DNA of 64,000 nucleotides from a virus (Duplodnaviria; Caudoviricetes): IMG/VR virus record IMGVR_UViG_3300031867_000032, positions 17,496 to 81,495 of that record; one strand, 5' to 3'. Shown piece by piece: positions 49,744 to 59,227 of this stretch (position 1 is its first letter; each line of letters starts with the position of its first letter). The notes under the pieces were generated by a model. It saw only the letters and a program-made list of their open reading frames with translations, ran no database searches and was not told where the DNA came from. The position numbers and the translations under genes were made by a program.

Positions 49744-49977
49744 TTAAAACCGGCAACTATCGCAATCAGCATCCATTTTTGCCTGTTCATTTAACCAAGT
49801 AACTGCCGTTACAAAGTCCATATAATCATCGCCGAGTTTAAGAACAGGGGCAGACATAAAACCTTTATCAATAACTTCTTGAATATCAGAACTTTTTTCA
49901 AAAGCAATATTATTTTGATTTAATTTATGCTCTAGCACTCGACACTTAGGGCAATCAGTAGAAAATAATGTTATCAT
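49744..49977 (-). CDS. nrdH: NrdH/glutaredoxin-like redoxin, 77 aa
   Basis: LFSTDCPKCRVL, GFMSAPVL; second CDSC at C-terminus; AGGAG RBS. Confidence 0.8.
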   Translation of the reverse strand: MITLFSTDCPKCRVLEHKLNQNNIAFEKSSDIQEVIDKGFMSAPVLKLGDDYMDFVTAVTWLNEQAKMDADCDSCRF

Positions 49978-50046
49978 AAATCTCCTATCCATCTTATATC
50001 GAATGATTTTTTCTTGTCTATTATAATGTATTTTAGATTAAGTATA

Positions 50047-50631
50047 TTATTCAATTTTGCCCACTATATCTTGTACTACCTGATCAATATCATAATCCTT
50101 AGTATATACTAATAATTTATCTTTTCCAATAATTTCATAAGGATGTTTGAAATCTTTTCAATCGGTAAACATGCGGCGGATCATTTCAAAAGTTAAACGC
50201 CCCTCTCGCTTAATGGATCGCCGCAAACGTTCTTTCCAATTAACAATAAGATAAATTATAATAAGATTATATTCATCATGCTTTTGGAGACTTTTAACTC
50301 CCTCTAAATTAAAAACTCCAAGATTAATAGCATTTGGCTTATCGCTTACCGCCAAAACATCTGTTCCATATTTCCAGTTACGAAATTCAGTCCATTCTAA
50401 TAGAGCTTTTCTTTTAATCAAATCATTAAATAGTTTTTCTGATACGAAGTGATAATCTTTATGATTTTCTTCTCCATTTCTCGGCGGCCGAGTAGTTGTA
50501 CTAATAATATAATACACGTGCGGATATTGCTCTATCATAGTCCCCATTGAGAATCTAATATATAGTTGCCGCATTAGTGTATCTTTGCCAGAAGCACTAG
50601 GCCCAATAATAGCTACTATAGTCGGTTTCAT
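50047..50631 (-). CDS. gmk: Guanylate kinase, 194 aa in code 4 (one TGA near the C-terminus)
   Basis: GPSASGKDT P-loop, STTTRPPRNGE...DYHFVS, YGT; frame continues FTD[W]KDFKHPY...VGKIE to TAA. Confidence 0.88.
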
Positions 50632-50956
50632 TTTGCTCCTTTTTTTCTTTATCTTTTTGGGTTTTGCGTAAAGATTCTACAAATTTTTGATGGTTCATTT
50701 TTGCAAAATCATCACGAAGTGCTTTATCCCAATCTGCATAACCAATTGTTACTGAGCCAGTTTCTTCATTTAACTCTAAAAAATCACCTTCATAAAGATA
50801 ATGATCTTTACCATCAAAAGGAGTATGTTTAAAAACTAAGAAAAAAGTAACTGCGGCTGACCCTCGGATTTCTGTAATAAGACCGCAGTTACTTAGTTTT
50901 GAAACCCACCAAGGAATAATATTATCTCCAACATAATATCTAGTTTTCATTGTCAC
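50597..50956 (-). CDS. Hypothetical protein, about 118 aa
   Basis: Intact ORF overlapping dnaE stop and gmk start. Confidence 0.6.
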   Translation of the reverse strand: MTMKTRYYVGDNIIPWWVSKLSNCGLITEIRGSAAVTFFLVFKHTPFDGKDHYLYEGDFLELNEETGSVTIGYADWDKALRDDFAKMNHQKFVESLRKTQKDKEKKEQNETDYSSYYWA

Positions 50957-53900
50957 CTTCCTCTCCCCATCTCCACGCTGTCATATCTATTGTACCATTA
51001 TTTTTCACTTCTGTCAAGATATGATAACATTGGTGAGATTTCGTATGACGATATGACTTGGTGAAAAACATTCCAGACCTTTTAAATCCATTAAACATTA
51101 GTAAAGTTCCACGAGTAAACCAACCTTTTTCCATTACTTTCTTTGTTCCATCTGGTTGAACTTGACTCATTTGTCGATTCAATCTTGCATAATAATCTCG
51201 ACTCATTTTAACTGTAACTACACCACTTTCTGGTGTAAGAATACTTACACAAGATTTATTATCTTCTTTTGCAACTACTGCTCCAACAATTCGACAAGTT
51301 TTAAATAATGGAATATCAACTCCATTACGTTTAAAAGTTCTTTCAACCGGAGGATTATCTGGCAAACTATTATAAGACTTTATATTATATGCCAATTTAT
51401 CAAGTTTTTTCATTGGATGATCATGATAATAAAAACCAAGACTATCCATTTCCCAAGTTGATAATGTACCTGCCGCATATTTATTCCAAACTTCATCAAA
51501 TAAAGTTTGATTTAATTGCTGCAACATTTCTTCTTGATGTTCCCGCAAATAATCTCGTGCTTTATCCATACCTTTTGTATAAAGTTTCTGCCAAACTTTT
51601 TGATCAATTGCAATCTCACCATTATGAATTGTAGTTAAGTCTACATCAAAAAATTCTTCATAAAACTCATAAAAGTTTTCTGGAAGCATGTAAACATCGT
51701 CAACTTTACAGAATTTCCGCAAAGCCTTATTGAATACAAATAATCTTTTTTCAAAATTAAGACTATCTGGAATCAAATTTCTTTCCATCAAACCATTGAA
51801 ATTTTGAAGAGTTAATCTCTTTTTTGGTTCACAAATTGACCAAATATATTCCCGCATAATATCTTCTCGGTTACCAAACTTATCAAAAGCTCCGCTCTTA
51901 ATAAGTGAAATCAAAACTGGCTTTTTAACTTTTACTCTCTCTTGGAAATCGTTAAAACTTTCATATGGACGATTTTCAATAATATTTTGAATAATCTCTC
52001 CACCTACTCCGTTTAGACCTTTCATTCCAAAAAGAATACTACCAGTTTCAACATCTGGTTCAAACATATATCCTGACTTATTAATATCAATTAATGACAT
52101 TGGAATACCACGATGAATAATATTACCTACTGCTTTTGCAATCTTACCATAATTACTACTCGCATCTTCATCAAGTCCTGCGTCAACTCTAAGACATGCA
52201 GTATTCCAATAGACAGGATCAAAATAAGTTGCAAGATAAATCGTTTGTAATCCTACAAAACTATATGCTAAACTATGAATAAGTGAGAATGAATAACCCA
52301 TCTGCGGCTTAATTGCAGTTTCCCAAACATACTCACCGAGTCTTTGATTAACCGCTTTGCTCAAAACTAACTCATGCAATTCTTCAATTCGATTCATCTG
52401 TTTTTTCGCACAAATCTTGCGGGCATCATTTGCTTCTTTAAGACTAAATCCACAAATATCTGGGTCCATCAAAATCATCATCATATCTTCTTGCTGTGCG
52501 GGTGTTGCATAAGTTTCAAGATAATAATGCTCTAATGTCTTTTGGTCTACTTCCCGCAGATGCCATCTTGACATTTCATCATACCAACGAGACATATTAT
52601 CTTTCATTCTTTTATATCTCTCAGTCGGTGTCTCTCCACCTTTTTCTGCGGCCATCAATCTCATTACTGAATTACAGTTTGCCATTTCACGTGGTGACCT
52701 CGGCCGCAACAATTTTACAGTTTGACTTCCAACTTGACTATCAAACTGGAAAAGTTTTAATACTTTACCTTCTGCAAGAACATCCCACATTTTATCATCG
52801 TCTATTGGAAGAACATCTGGATGAAGATATTTGTCATACAATTGCCGCAAACTCAAATTTTGATCAACTTCATTATATTCACTTAACATATTAAGACATT
52901 GAACAATTACATCTTGAATTTCTGTTACAAGAAAATCAAATTTAACATCTCCGCAATACTCTGCATCATGAAGTGAAAACTGAGTTACGATTGCTCCACT
53001 TGTTGCTTTCATAAAACATGCACTATCAAATGGATCATTCATATAAAAATTTACACCACTTGCATGAATACCACGATGATTAATCAATCCTTCAATCTTT
53101 TCAATAATTTCAAGAAGTCCAGGATATTTTCTAACTTCCGCCAGGAAATTCTTTACTGGCTTACGATCTTTTTCTTCATTACCATAAACCAAATCATGAA
53201 CCGGCCAAACGAATCCACGTTCACTCGGGGCAAGACTTGTCATATACTGAGCTACGTCATTATCAATTCCATCTGGAAAATCTTTCGAACGATAACCGCG
53301 ACAAGCTGTTGAAATCGCTGAACGTGTCGTCTCTGTACCATATGTACAAACTTGAACACATCCAAGTTGACCAACCTCTTCACGAATTGATTTAAAAATT
53401 TCTTCTCTCTTGGATGGACAAATATCAATATCAATATCGCCCAACTCAATGCGTTCTTTGTTACTATATCTCCAATAGGGAAGATTATATTTAATTGGAT
53501 CAAGCTGAGTAATTCCTAGAAGATAATGATTCAATCCAGAACATGCGGAACCTCGTCCCGCACCTACAGTTGAACCAATTTCCCAAAATGAATCAATATA
53601 ATGCTGAAGAAAAATTGGATATGCAAACATACAAGTTCCAAGTTTTTCTCCAATTACTTTTTGAATATCTGCTTCTTCTTCAAGTCGTGCAAGATAAACA
53701 TCATTAAAGAGATTGAGTTCTCTAAGTTTATCACAACAATAATTAACCCAGTATCTTTCTTGCGGGTTATCGCTTGAATACAAATAATCCAAAGTCTTAT
53801 AACCCATTTTTGACATTACTTTGGGATAATCTTTTACTGGAACTTGCGGGACTTGCTGTTTATGTGCAAATCCAAAATCTTGAATCTTACTCTTTACTTC

Positions 53901-54764
53901 CAAAGTATTTGCTTCAAGCTCCGCATAATCAAGACCAGTTCCTTCAAGATTCTGAATTACTTCTTCTGTTGTTTGAAGATATGCATATGCATAAAATTCA
54001 TCTACTTCTCGATCACCCTGTTTTGAATTAAGAAATGCTTTATGAACTTCTCGATCACTCTTTTTCAAATAATGAGCATCAGTTGTTACTACAATCTTAA
54101 CTTCAAAATAATTACTTAAAGCTTTCATTCGACGATTAACAATCATCTGCTCTTTACTTTGAGCTGGCTGAATCTCAAAATAATAATCGTCTCCAAATAC
54201 AGACTTACACCAATTTACAAAATCTACAATCCTATAATAATATTCAGTCTTACCTTCAAGATTGCCAACTCTCTCAGCTTTATCCATTTCAAGAATACAA
54301 TAATCAAGTTCTGAACCAAGACATGCAGACGATGCAATTAAATGGCCTTTACCAAATTCATCTACACATGCCATTATTTCTGCTTTGAGAGTTGGCACTC
54401 TCTCCATACCTCTATCAAAATAACTATTCATCCAAGAATTTGATGACAGTTTCCGCAACATTTTTGCACCAATTGCATCTTTTGCAATTAAAATAAAGTG
54501 CCAATATCGCTGTCCACTTCCACGTTCATCAACAAGATAGATCTCATTACCATACCCAATTTTAAAATCTGGATTCTTCTCTTGGACTTTCTGTCTAATT
54601 TGGTCAAGCTTAACCCAATTACCTAACGCTTCATGATCAGTCAAACAAATACCTTCAAGACCAATTTCTACGGCATAATTAACAAGAGAATCAACTGTAT
54701 TAATACAATCGATAAGACGGATATTTGACATATCACTATGTGAATGCATTTCAAAACGCGCCAT
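50940..54764 (-). CDS. dnaE: DNA polymerase III alpha subunit (family C), 1274 aa
   Basis: PHP domain (HSHSD, TDHE, TTDAHY), GAGRGSACSG, DIDID catalytic motif, HASG, GYSFSLIHSLAY. Confidence 0.95.
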   Translation of the reverse strand: MARFEMHSHSDMSNIRLIDCINTVDSLVNYAVEIGLEGICLTDHEALGNWVKLDQIRQKVQEKNPDFKIGYGNEIYLVDERGSGQRYWHFILIAKDAIGAKMLRKLSSNSWMNSYFDRGMERVPTLKAEIMACVDEFGKGHLIASSACLGSELDYCILEMDKAERVGNLEGKTEYYYRIVDFVNWCKSVFGDDYYFEIQPAQSKEQMIVNRRMKALSNYFEVKIVVTTDAHYLKKSDREVHKAFLNSKQGDREVDEFYAYAYLQTTEEVIQNLEGTGLDYAELEANTLEVKSKIQDFGFAHKQQVPQVPVKDYPKVMSKMGYKTLDYLYSSDNPQERYWVNYCCDKLRELNLFNDVYLARLEEEADIQKVIGEKLGTCMFAYPIFLQHYIDSFWEIGSTVGAGRGSACSGLNHYLLGITQLDPIKYNLPYWRYSNKERIELGDIDIDICPSKREEIFKSIREEVGQLGCVQVCTYGTETTRSAISTACRGYRSKDFPDGIDNDVAQYMTSLAPSERGFVWPVHDLVYGNEEKDRKPVKNFLAEVRKYPGLLEIIEKIEGLINHRGIHASGVNFYMNDPFDSACFMKATSGAIVTQFSLHDAEYCGDVKFDFLVTEIQDVIVQCLNMLSEYNEVDQNLSLRQLYDKYLHPDVLPIDDDKMWDVLAEGKVLKLFQFDSQVGSQTVKLLRPRSPREMANCNSVMRLMAAEKGGETPTERYKRMKDNMSRWYDEMSRWHLREVDQKTLEHYYLETYATPAQQEDMMMILMDPDICGFSLKEANDARKICAKKQMNRIEELHELVLSKAVNQRLGEYVWETAIKPQMGYSFSLIHSLAYSFVGLQTIYLATYFDPVYWNTACLRVDAGLDEDASSNYGKIAKAVGNIIHRGIPMSLIDINKSGYMFEPDVETGSILFGMKGLNGVGGEIIQNIIENRPYESFNDFQERVKVKKPVLISLIKSGAFDKFGNREDIMREYIWSICEPKKRLTLQNFNGLMERNLIPDSLNFEKRLFVFNKALRKFCKVDDVYMLPENFYEFYEEFFDVDLTTIHNGEIAIDQKVWQKLYTKGMDKARDYLREHQEEMLQQLNQTLFDEVWNKYAAGTLSTWEMDSLGFYYHDHPMKKLDKLAYNIKSYNSLPDNPPVERTFKRNGVDIPLFKTCRIVGAVVAKEDNKSCVSILTPESGVVTVKMSRDYYARLNRQMSQVQPDGTKKVMEKGWFTRGTLLMFNGFKRSGMFFTKSYRHTKSHQCYHILTEVKNNGTIDMTAWRWGEEGDNEN

Positions 54765-54795
54765 ATAACCTCTTTCTCCTTAATTTTCTATATTA

Positions 54796-54824
54796 ATTAT
54801 ACCATATAAAAATAGAGTTGTCAA
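54796..54824 (-). promoter_or_regulatory. Consensus sigma70 promoter for dnaE; -35 overlaps the upstream hairpin
   Basis: TTGACA-N17-TATAAT; -35 lies within agagttgtca-N6-tgacaactct. Confidence 0.88.
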
Positions 54825-54845
54825 GTTAATGACAACTCTTAAATA

Positions 54846-55868
54846 TTATGCTAAAATATTATTATTTATATAGTCAATCCATCGTTCTACTGCAATACGA
54901 GCATAAGTTGTTCCATTCGTAATATCTAATACATGAATATTACTAATTTTAATTAATAAGTCTAAAAATTCATCTTCGCTAAGTTCATAAAAATAAGCAT
55001 ACAAGAAAGGAAAAACAAATTGTCCTTTATTTTTAATCATAGGAATTTCTCTATCAGTATTATAAATAATATCTAATAACTTTAGAATACTTTGAGATTT
55101 AATTGATAAAGTATAATTCCACTGATCCAATTCTTCATTTGAGAGTGTTGCAGAATTTAAAATATAAGAAGTACCATTTTCTTTTAATAGATCAGGTGGT
55201 TGAAGAGAAATTGCTACAAGATCTTTATGTTTATCACAAGCTAACATAATACCAAGTAAGCTAACAAGATGTTCTTCTGCCATATCCTTATTAATTTGTT
55301 TTTGTGTATAAAGTTTTTGAATTCCTGGATGATTTAATAGATTTTTACTAAAACTCACTCTTAATAAGATATTGTTAGCAATATTTTTTTGAAAAGGAGT
55401 TAATTTACTTCCATTATTTAATTTTTTAAATAATTTAGTAATTCCTTTGGGCGTCATATTTTTATATATAGCAAAAGTTACTTCTATGCTTAAAATAAAA
55501 TCTCGTAAATCTTCAGGTAATTCTGAAAAATAAATACCAGTCTTATCACCAAAATAAGATAAGAAAGAAATATCTGCTTTAGATTTTTTCCATAATATTT
55601 TATTATTAATAAAACGTAAAATAGTTGTTAATCGTTGTTTTCCATCTATTACATTAAAGCCTGAATTATTTTCTTCAATACAATGAACCTCTGGTATACG
55701 CTCACCACAAACGAGAGTATCAATCATTTCTTGCTCTTGATCTTCAGTCCAAACATATCCTCTTTGACAATCTAAATCAAAATTTAATTTTTTTCTTTCA
55801 AAAAAAGATTGAATTTGATTTAAATCATAATTTCTAGCAGTCGAATCATAACTTTTTATATAATTCAT
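54846..55868 (-). CDS. DUF262 (ParB/Srx-fold, GmrSD N-terminal-like) protein, 340 aa
   Basis: QRGYVWTEDQEQEMIDTL, VIDGKQRLTTI, LFKKLNNGSKLT motifs. Confidence 0.8.
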   Translation of the reverse strand: MNYIKSYDSTARNYDLNQIQSFFERKKLNFDLDCQRGYVWTEDQEQEMIDTLVCGERIPEVHCIEENNSGFNVIDGKQRLTTILRFINNKILWKKSKADISFLSYFGDKTGIYFSELPEDLRDFILSIEVTFAIYKNMTPKGITKLFKKLNNGSKLTPFQKNIANNILLRVSFSKNLLNHPGIQKLYTQKQINKDMAEEHLVSLLGIMLACDKHKDLVAISLQPPDLLKENGTSYILNSATLSNEELDQWNYTLSIKSQSILKLLDIIYNTDREIPMIKNKGQFVFPFLYAYFYELSEDEFLDLLIKISNIHVLDITNGTTYARIAVERWIDYINNNILA

Positions 55869-55887
55869 TTTTCTCCTTTTTTATTTT

Positions 55888-55916
55888 ATTATACCATATT
55901 ATTTTGTTCTTGTCAA
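55888..55916 (-). promoter_or_regulatory. Consensus sigma70 promoter for DUF262 gene
   Basis: TTGACA-N17-TATAAT with extended TG. Confidence 0.88.
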
Positions 55917-55925
55917 TATTTATAA

Positions 55926-56177
55926 CTATCAATCTGGTTTTGTATTATAAAAAATAATATTATGAGACTCTTCATATTCTTTTATTTTTAATTTCAATGT
56001 ATCTATTTTATCTTGTGTAAATTTTAATTGTTGATTTAAACTATTAATTTCTCATTCTAATTCAAATTTTGCTCTTTTATACCTATCTAGTATAGTTAAA
56101 TCTTGACAATGTTGCATTGCATCAGATACTTCTTCAGAAGATTTACATTGTCGTGTATCAAAGCCATAAGAAGACAT
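55926..56177 (-). CDS. Small coiled-coil hypothetical protein, 83 aa in code 4
   Basis: ATG overlaps recJ stop; one internal TGA and TGA-TAG end. Confidence 0.6.
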
Positions 56178-57973
56178 TAGAATACCCATTTCTCATTGAT
56201 ATAAAAATCTTCAATAATAAGCTGTGCAGTTACATTTCCATTCCATTCATTTCTTGAACAACGACACACTGCAGTAAGATACATATTAGGTCTAGTAAAC
56301 TGTTCAAATTCTTCCTGTGAAGATTTAAACTTCATAATATCTACGCCATTTGACAAATGTATCTTTAACGTAGGATGCTTATCCGGCGAAAGAAGTTGAA
56401 CAGAAGTTAAAGGAATATCTTTAATTACAATATATGGTTCAGGTAGTCCTTGTCCCCAAGTAGATTTATTCTGTGCAATTGTTAGAATTTTTTGAGGATC
56501 AATATCTTTATTAAACCACTCAAAATCAACCCAGTATACAGGCTCTTGTGCGGCTTCACTATAAATTGAATTTGTCTTTTGGATAAAATCATCTAGTTTA
56601 GATTCAGGAATTGAAATACCAAAAGCACTACTATGACCTTGTGCATATTCTACATCACCAGTATCTTCACAGAGTTGCCGCATATCCTCTATTTCAGACA
56701 TGGAATAATTTCTGGCACTTCCTCTATAAAAATACTCTCTATCATCTTTCCCCTTTGATCTTGTGAGGACAAGACATGGGTGCTGATATTTCGCTTGAAT
56801 CTTATTGGCGACCAAACCTGCGAGATTCTTTTCCACTTCTCCGGGTTCGCAGCAACAGATAATAATACCATTTTCTGTCAATCTGGAAGATTGAATTCGT
56901 TGTTCGAGCAAATCCATTGCAGCATCTTGCAACTTTGTTTGTCGAGCTTTGACGTTAGCTGCGATTCTAACCGCTTCTTCAACTCTTGGTACGAGTTCTC
57001 CTTTATGACCACGTTTACCACTCTCAATCTTATCAAAAGCATAAAACTTTAACATAGATTTAAAAATTAAATCTTTTTCTTCCATGGTACCAGAACGTAC
57101 AATAGCATTAATAAAAGGTGTTACATAGAAAGCCATTGACATATAATTAATTCCACCCATTTTATCAATGCTAAATTTATTTTTTTCACACATATAATAG
57201 AAGAATGGATTATGAATATTTTTTAATCCTTCATCAATAATAGCTTTAGTTTCAATACTACGATAATCCATCATATCCGAGAGATTGCCAAGAGCGGCTA
57301 AATCAATATATCCTAATGCACCTTTTCAATCTTCTGGAAGTAGATCTAATCCCATTATATGATCATAAGCTCTACAAATTTGTAAAGTGACTCCTGCACC
57401 AGATAAATCTTTATTTGGGTAATTACAAATTTGATTATTGACAATAACTACATTATCATTATGAATCCAATTATCAGATTCGTGGTGATCCATACAAAGA
57501 ATTTTCTTTCCAGAATCTACCAATTGTTGCATTTCATCAATATCATTTGTACCTGCATCTGGGATAATAACTAATTTAACATCATCCTCAATTTTATTAA
57601 TAGTATCTGCTAAACCGTGTTGTTTACCATCATGCAAAATATAAGTTAACTTTTCTTTACATTGCTCCTGAGTATTATTTAAAGCCCAATGATATAATTC
57701 ATACATATAATTAAGGATAATTGCAGCACTAGTAAAACCATCAGCGTCCGCATCTACTATAACACAAATTTTTTGCTTTTCTTGAACTGCGAATCGAAGA
57801 AATTCTACAGCTTTATTTACATTTTCTTCACCAAAAGCAAAAGGAGAATTTACATCCGCGGGAAAAGAAGCATTAATCCATTTATCTTGTTCTTCTACGG
57901 TTTTTAGTCCTCGATTATATAATACCTGCTGTAATGTTGATTGACTAGGTTCATTAAATAGTTTATAAATCAA
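56177..57973 (-). CDS. recJ: RecJ-like DHH ssDNA exonuclease, 598 aa in code 4 (one TGA at 57326-57328)
   Basis: DADADG, IPDAG, MDHH, LSGAGV, then ED[W]KGALGYIDLAALGNLSDMMD, YRGSAR, GHSSAFG; GGGAGG RBS before TTG. Confidence 0.9.
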
Positions 57974-58147
57974 TATCGTCCTCCCTTGCTTTAAACCATC
58001 TACAAAAACATCCTTGCCACCTTCATAGAATAAGATGATCAATTAAAGCTACATCCTTTACTAAGCACTTTCAAAATCCTACACAACTAGGCTCAATTCA
58101 CTTATAAAATTTACAATATCTACAACGAGGATGCTTTTTCCTATAAG

Positions 58148-59215
58148 TTAAGATATGATTCTGTGTCTCCATAAATATAAAAACGCTCCTTTCCCACAAT
58201 CTAACGGACTGTTTTTATATCCAAGTAAATTATATTGATCAAACAGTACACTTACTGAAACCTCTGCACTTAATTTCGTATATAATCTATCAATCTTTTT
58301 AATATTTTCATCATATTCTTTACCGTACATCTCTTGAAAGTCTTTATCAAATCCTAATACGATTTCTTTAACTCCAGCATCCAAGAGAAGTTGAAATTGA
58401 TAACGAGAAATACTACTGCCGCAAACTGCGACACAAATATTATTCTTTGTTCCAAAGTAAGATTGATATTGCATTACAGATTTTTCTGATTCTACTACAA
58501 TTGCAAGTTGCATAGATTTAATATTTTCTTTAGCTCTATCAAATCCATACAAATTAAAAGCCAAAGGATGATTACATAATTGGCCTTGAAATCTTGCGGG
58601 CCTGTACTTACCATAGATTTCATTCTCTTGGACTAAAGTTCTTTGTCTAATTCCGACTAATCTATGGTCCGCGTCATAGTGCGGGATTAGTACAGCACCA
58701 TTTACTGGATCATATTTTATTCCCATATATTTTATAATCTCTGGAGAAATACCTTCAGCTTCCCAATTTAAAATTCTAGGTTGCGGATAATGCTCAATAT
58801 AATTAGGACATTCAGGTAAGATAACCTTTTCTTGAGATCGAGGTTCAATCTCTAGCAATCTTTTATTTGCGGTTAATATTCTAAAATCTTCAATGTCAAA
58901 ATCTAAATCATCAGATAATTGACTTTGAAGATTAAAAAAATTAACTACAAAGTAGATTGCTTGATTTAAGTCATCTATCTGTTGAACCTTTTGAACTAAT
59001 TCAAATACATCAAAAGTTCCGCAACTACCAGTAAAACATTTAAATAATTGAGTATTTTCATAGTAATATAACTTATGACTATCGCCGCCATGACAAATAG
59101 TTCTTGCAATAATATAATCGTTAAACATTTGAGGTTCGGCATCAAAGTAATCTAATAAATTATATATATCATCTAATTCTATTTTCTCTTTTACATCATC
59201 TTTATTATAACTCAT
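58148..59215 (-). CDS. DNA primase-like protein (Zn finger + Toprim), 355 aa
   Basis: TICHGG...FKCFTGSCG, IPHYD...VGIRQR, VVESEKSV, LGFDKD; adjacent to helicase. Confidence 0.8.
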   Translation of the reverse strand: MSYNKDDVKEKIELDDIYNLLDYFDAEPQMFNDYIIARTICHGGDSHKLYYYENTQLFKCFTGSCGTFDVFELVQKVQQIDDLNQAIYFVVNFFNLQSQLSDDLDFDIEDFRILTANKRLLEIEPRSQEKVILPECPNYIEHYPQPRILNWEAEGISPEIIKYMGIKYDPVNGAVLIPHYDADHRLVGIRQRTLVQENEIYGKYRPARFQGQLCNHPLAFNLYGFDRAKENIKSMQLAIVVESEKSVMQYQSYFGTKNNICVAVCGSSISRYQFQLLLDAGVKEIVLGFDKDFQEMYGKEYDENIKKIDRLYTKLSAEVSVSVLFDQYNLLGYKNSPLDCGKGAFLYLWRHRIIS

Positions 59216-59227
59216 GCCGACCCTCCT

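Noticed and set aside
49996-50020. Promoter TAGACA-N16-TATAAG upstream of nrdH
   Set aside because: Two mismatches and a short spacer; plausible but not distinguishable from background.
9793-50065. Loose GGG(T/C)xAAA...TAA motif at 9793, 31431 and 50062 (- strand) as a late promoter
   Set aside because: Too degenerate in AT-rich DNA to support by eye, and one copy lies inside a coding end; needs motif statistics.
43556-55931. TGA used as a true stop in two genes ending TGA-TAA (43556) and TGA-TAG (55926)
   Set aside because: Both genes have internal TGA-Trp, so a terminal Trp followed by a real stop is the simpler reading; two cases are uninformative.
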